DNA from: Phoronis australis
Taxonomy: Eukaryota; Animalia; Phoronida
DNA length: 64,000 nucleotides
Direction: 5' to 3'
Assembly (NCBI GenBank): GCA_002633005.1
Contig: NMRA01000020.1
Coordinates: 1,273,650 to 1,337,649 of the forward strand
Below, piece by piece: positions 62,786-64,000 of the stretch; position 1 is the first letter of the stretch, and each line of letters opens with the position of its first letter. The notes beneath the pieces were generated by a model, which saw only the letters and a list, made by a program, of their open reading frames with translations, did no database searches and had not been told where the DNA came from. The translations under genes and the position numbers were made by a program.

Positions 62786-64000
62786 ACGTCTTATTTTATG
62801 AGTTTGCATGGTATTTTTCACACGGAGGAAAATGGTTCATACACTTACCGCCTTCTTTCTCGGATTGGTTGAGTGAAATTCTATCAAATGTGCCAGCTAG
62901 AATTTATAGATGTGTCCGTATGTGCTTTCCATTGTTTTTAACCTGGGTAGTTTCTTGGTATAGTAAAAATGTACCCCGTACAGTTTCAATTCCTGATGAA
63001 CGGAGCTTCCATGATCAGGTAATGCGTTTTTATTGTTAAAGCGTTCTTGCAGGCTTTTGTGGGCGGTCACAGGTCACACCGGCATTACATTAAACACACT
63101 TCCCCTGGTACCTCGTAAGCACAACAAAAACAATGACATTGTATTTTGGCTAATACAAGTATTTATCACAATTCTTTAGGAACAAACGGCAATAATTTTT
63201 TTTCACAGAGTATTGGCCAATTTGATAGAAAAACACCCGTTTTAATACACGATAGCTTGATTTATTTCAGCCAATGTTTTATTGCCTTGGAGTCATGACT
63301 AATGCTCCACACGAAAGGGACGAGACCAAAGTTTCTGATGGCGACGGATTGTGTTTACCACCTTAGTTACTAATAACAATTTCTTAAAGATATTCTTGTG
63401 GAGCGTGCTTTGAACAGCTAAAAGCTGAAAGAAATATAATTGTTCCTGTATTGTCAAACCTGTCTGAAATAGTTGTGGTAACAGATGAAACCGTGACGTG
63501 TATACGTAAAATGGGAGGCCTAGCTGGGGAAATAGAAAATATTTTGCCACTCTGAAAGGACACGGTCATTTTGCTCTGCCGGGTCTTCGTCGATAGTTTA
63601 AAGGGGCAACAGACTGGAAAAAGCTGACTGAGGGCCTTCCGGACTTCAAGAACATGCACTTTCTCTTTCTATTATCTTTTAAGATGAAAAATCAATTAAA
63701 ATTGCTATTTGGTCAATGATCGTTAGTCCGAATTAGGAACCAGGTTCCTATGTCCGAAGCACATATACATGTAAATAATATATTATAGCAGAAACTGGAC
63801 TTTCTCGTATTAATGGACGTGAAGCAACGTGTCTCATGAGGCACCATTTTTGTGTTGCAGCTCACTGTCAGCAACACACGTGGTTGTAGGCAGATAAGGA
63901 TCTTTGGTATATTAAACGTTTTGCTACATCGCACAAAAAGCGTATATTAAAGATCGCTGACTTCGACGTTGGCCGTTTTTGTTCCTTACAACCCACTTTT

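Noticed and set aside
61016-64000. 13-bp inverted match between AAAAGTGGGTTGT and the window end
   Set aside because: It does not extend inward and cannot be tested beyond the window.

Overview
This is AT-rich eukaryotic (invertebrate metazoan-like) genomic DNA with spliceosomal GT-AG introns and one scaffold gap (57211-57897). It is not prokaryotic, and most short ORFs in the supplied track look spurious. All supported host genes are on the minus strand. They are: (1) three phase-1 exons of a protein with a Pro-rich segment and two chitin-binding type-2 (CBM14)-like domains (1561-6117); (2) a gene with an uninterrupted CDS encoding signal peptide + PAN/apple + six-repeat tectonin beta-propeller lectin (14875-15990); and (3) two tandem SLC46/PCFT-family MFS transporter paralogues with matching exon structure (27244-31137 and 43502-47342). 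The rest is rich in mobile DNA: a decayed Polinton/Maverick pPolB with an embedded nuclease domain, a Hero-like RLE non-LTR fragment, an RTE-X-like LINE fragment and tRNA-derived SINEs. There are also four TTAA-flanked Kolobok-like elements (two with THAP remnants), many MITEs (several validated by empty paralogous sites in the window) and a family of 22-48 bp CATAGAC...GTCTATG hairpin insertions with 8-bp target duplications. All alignments and counts were done by eye; no database searches were run.
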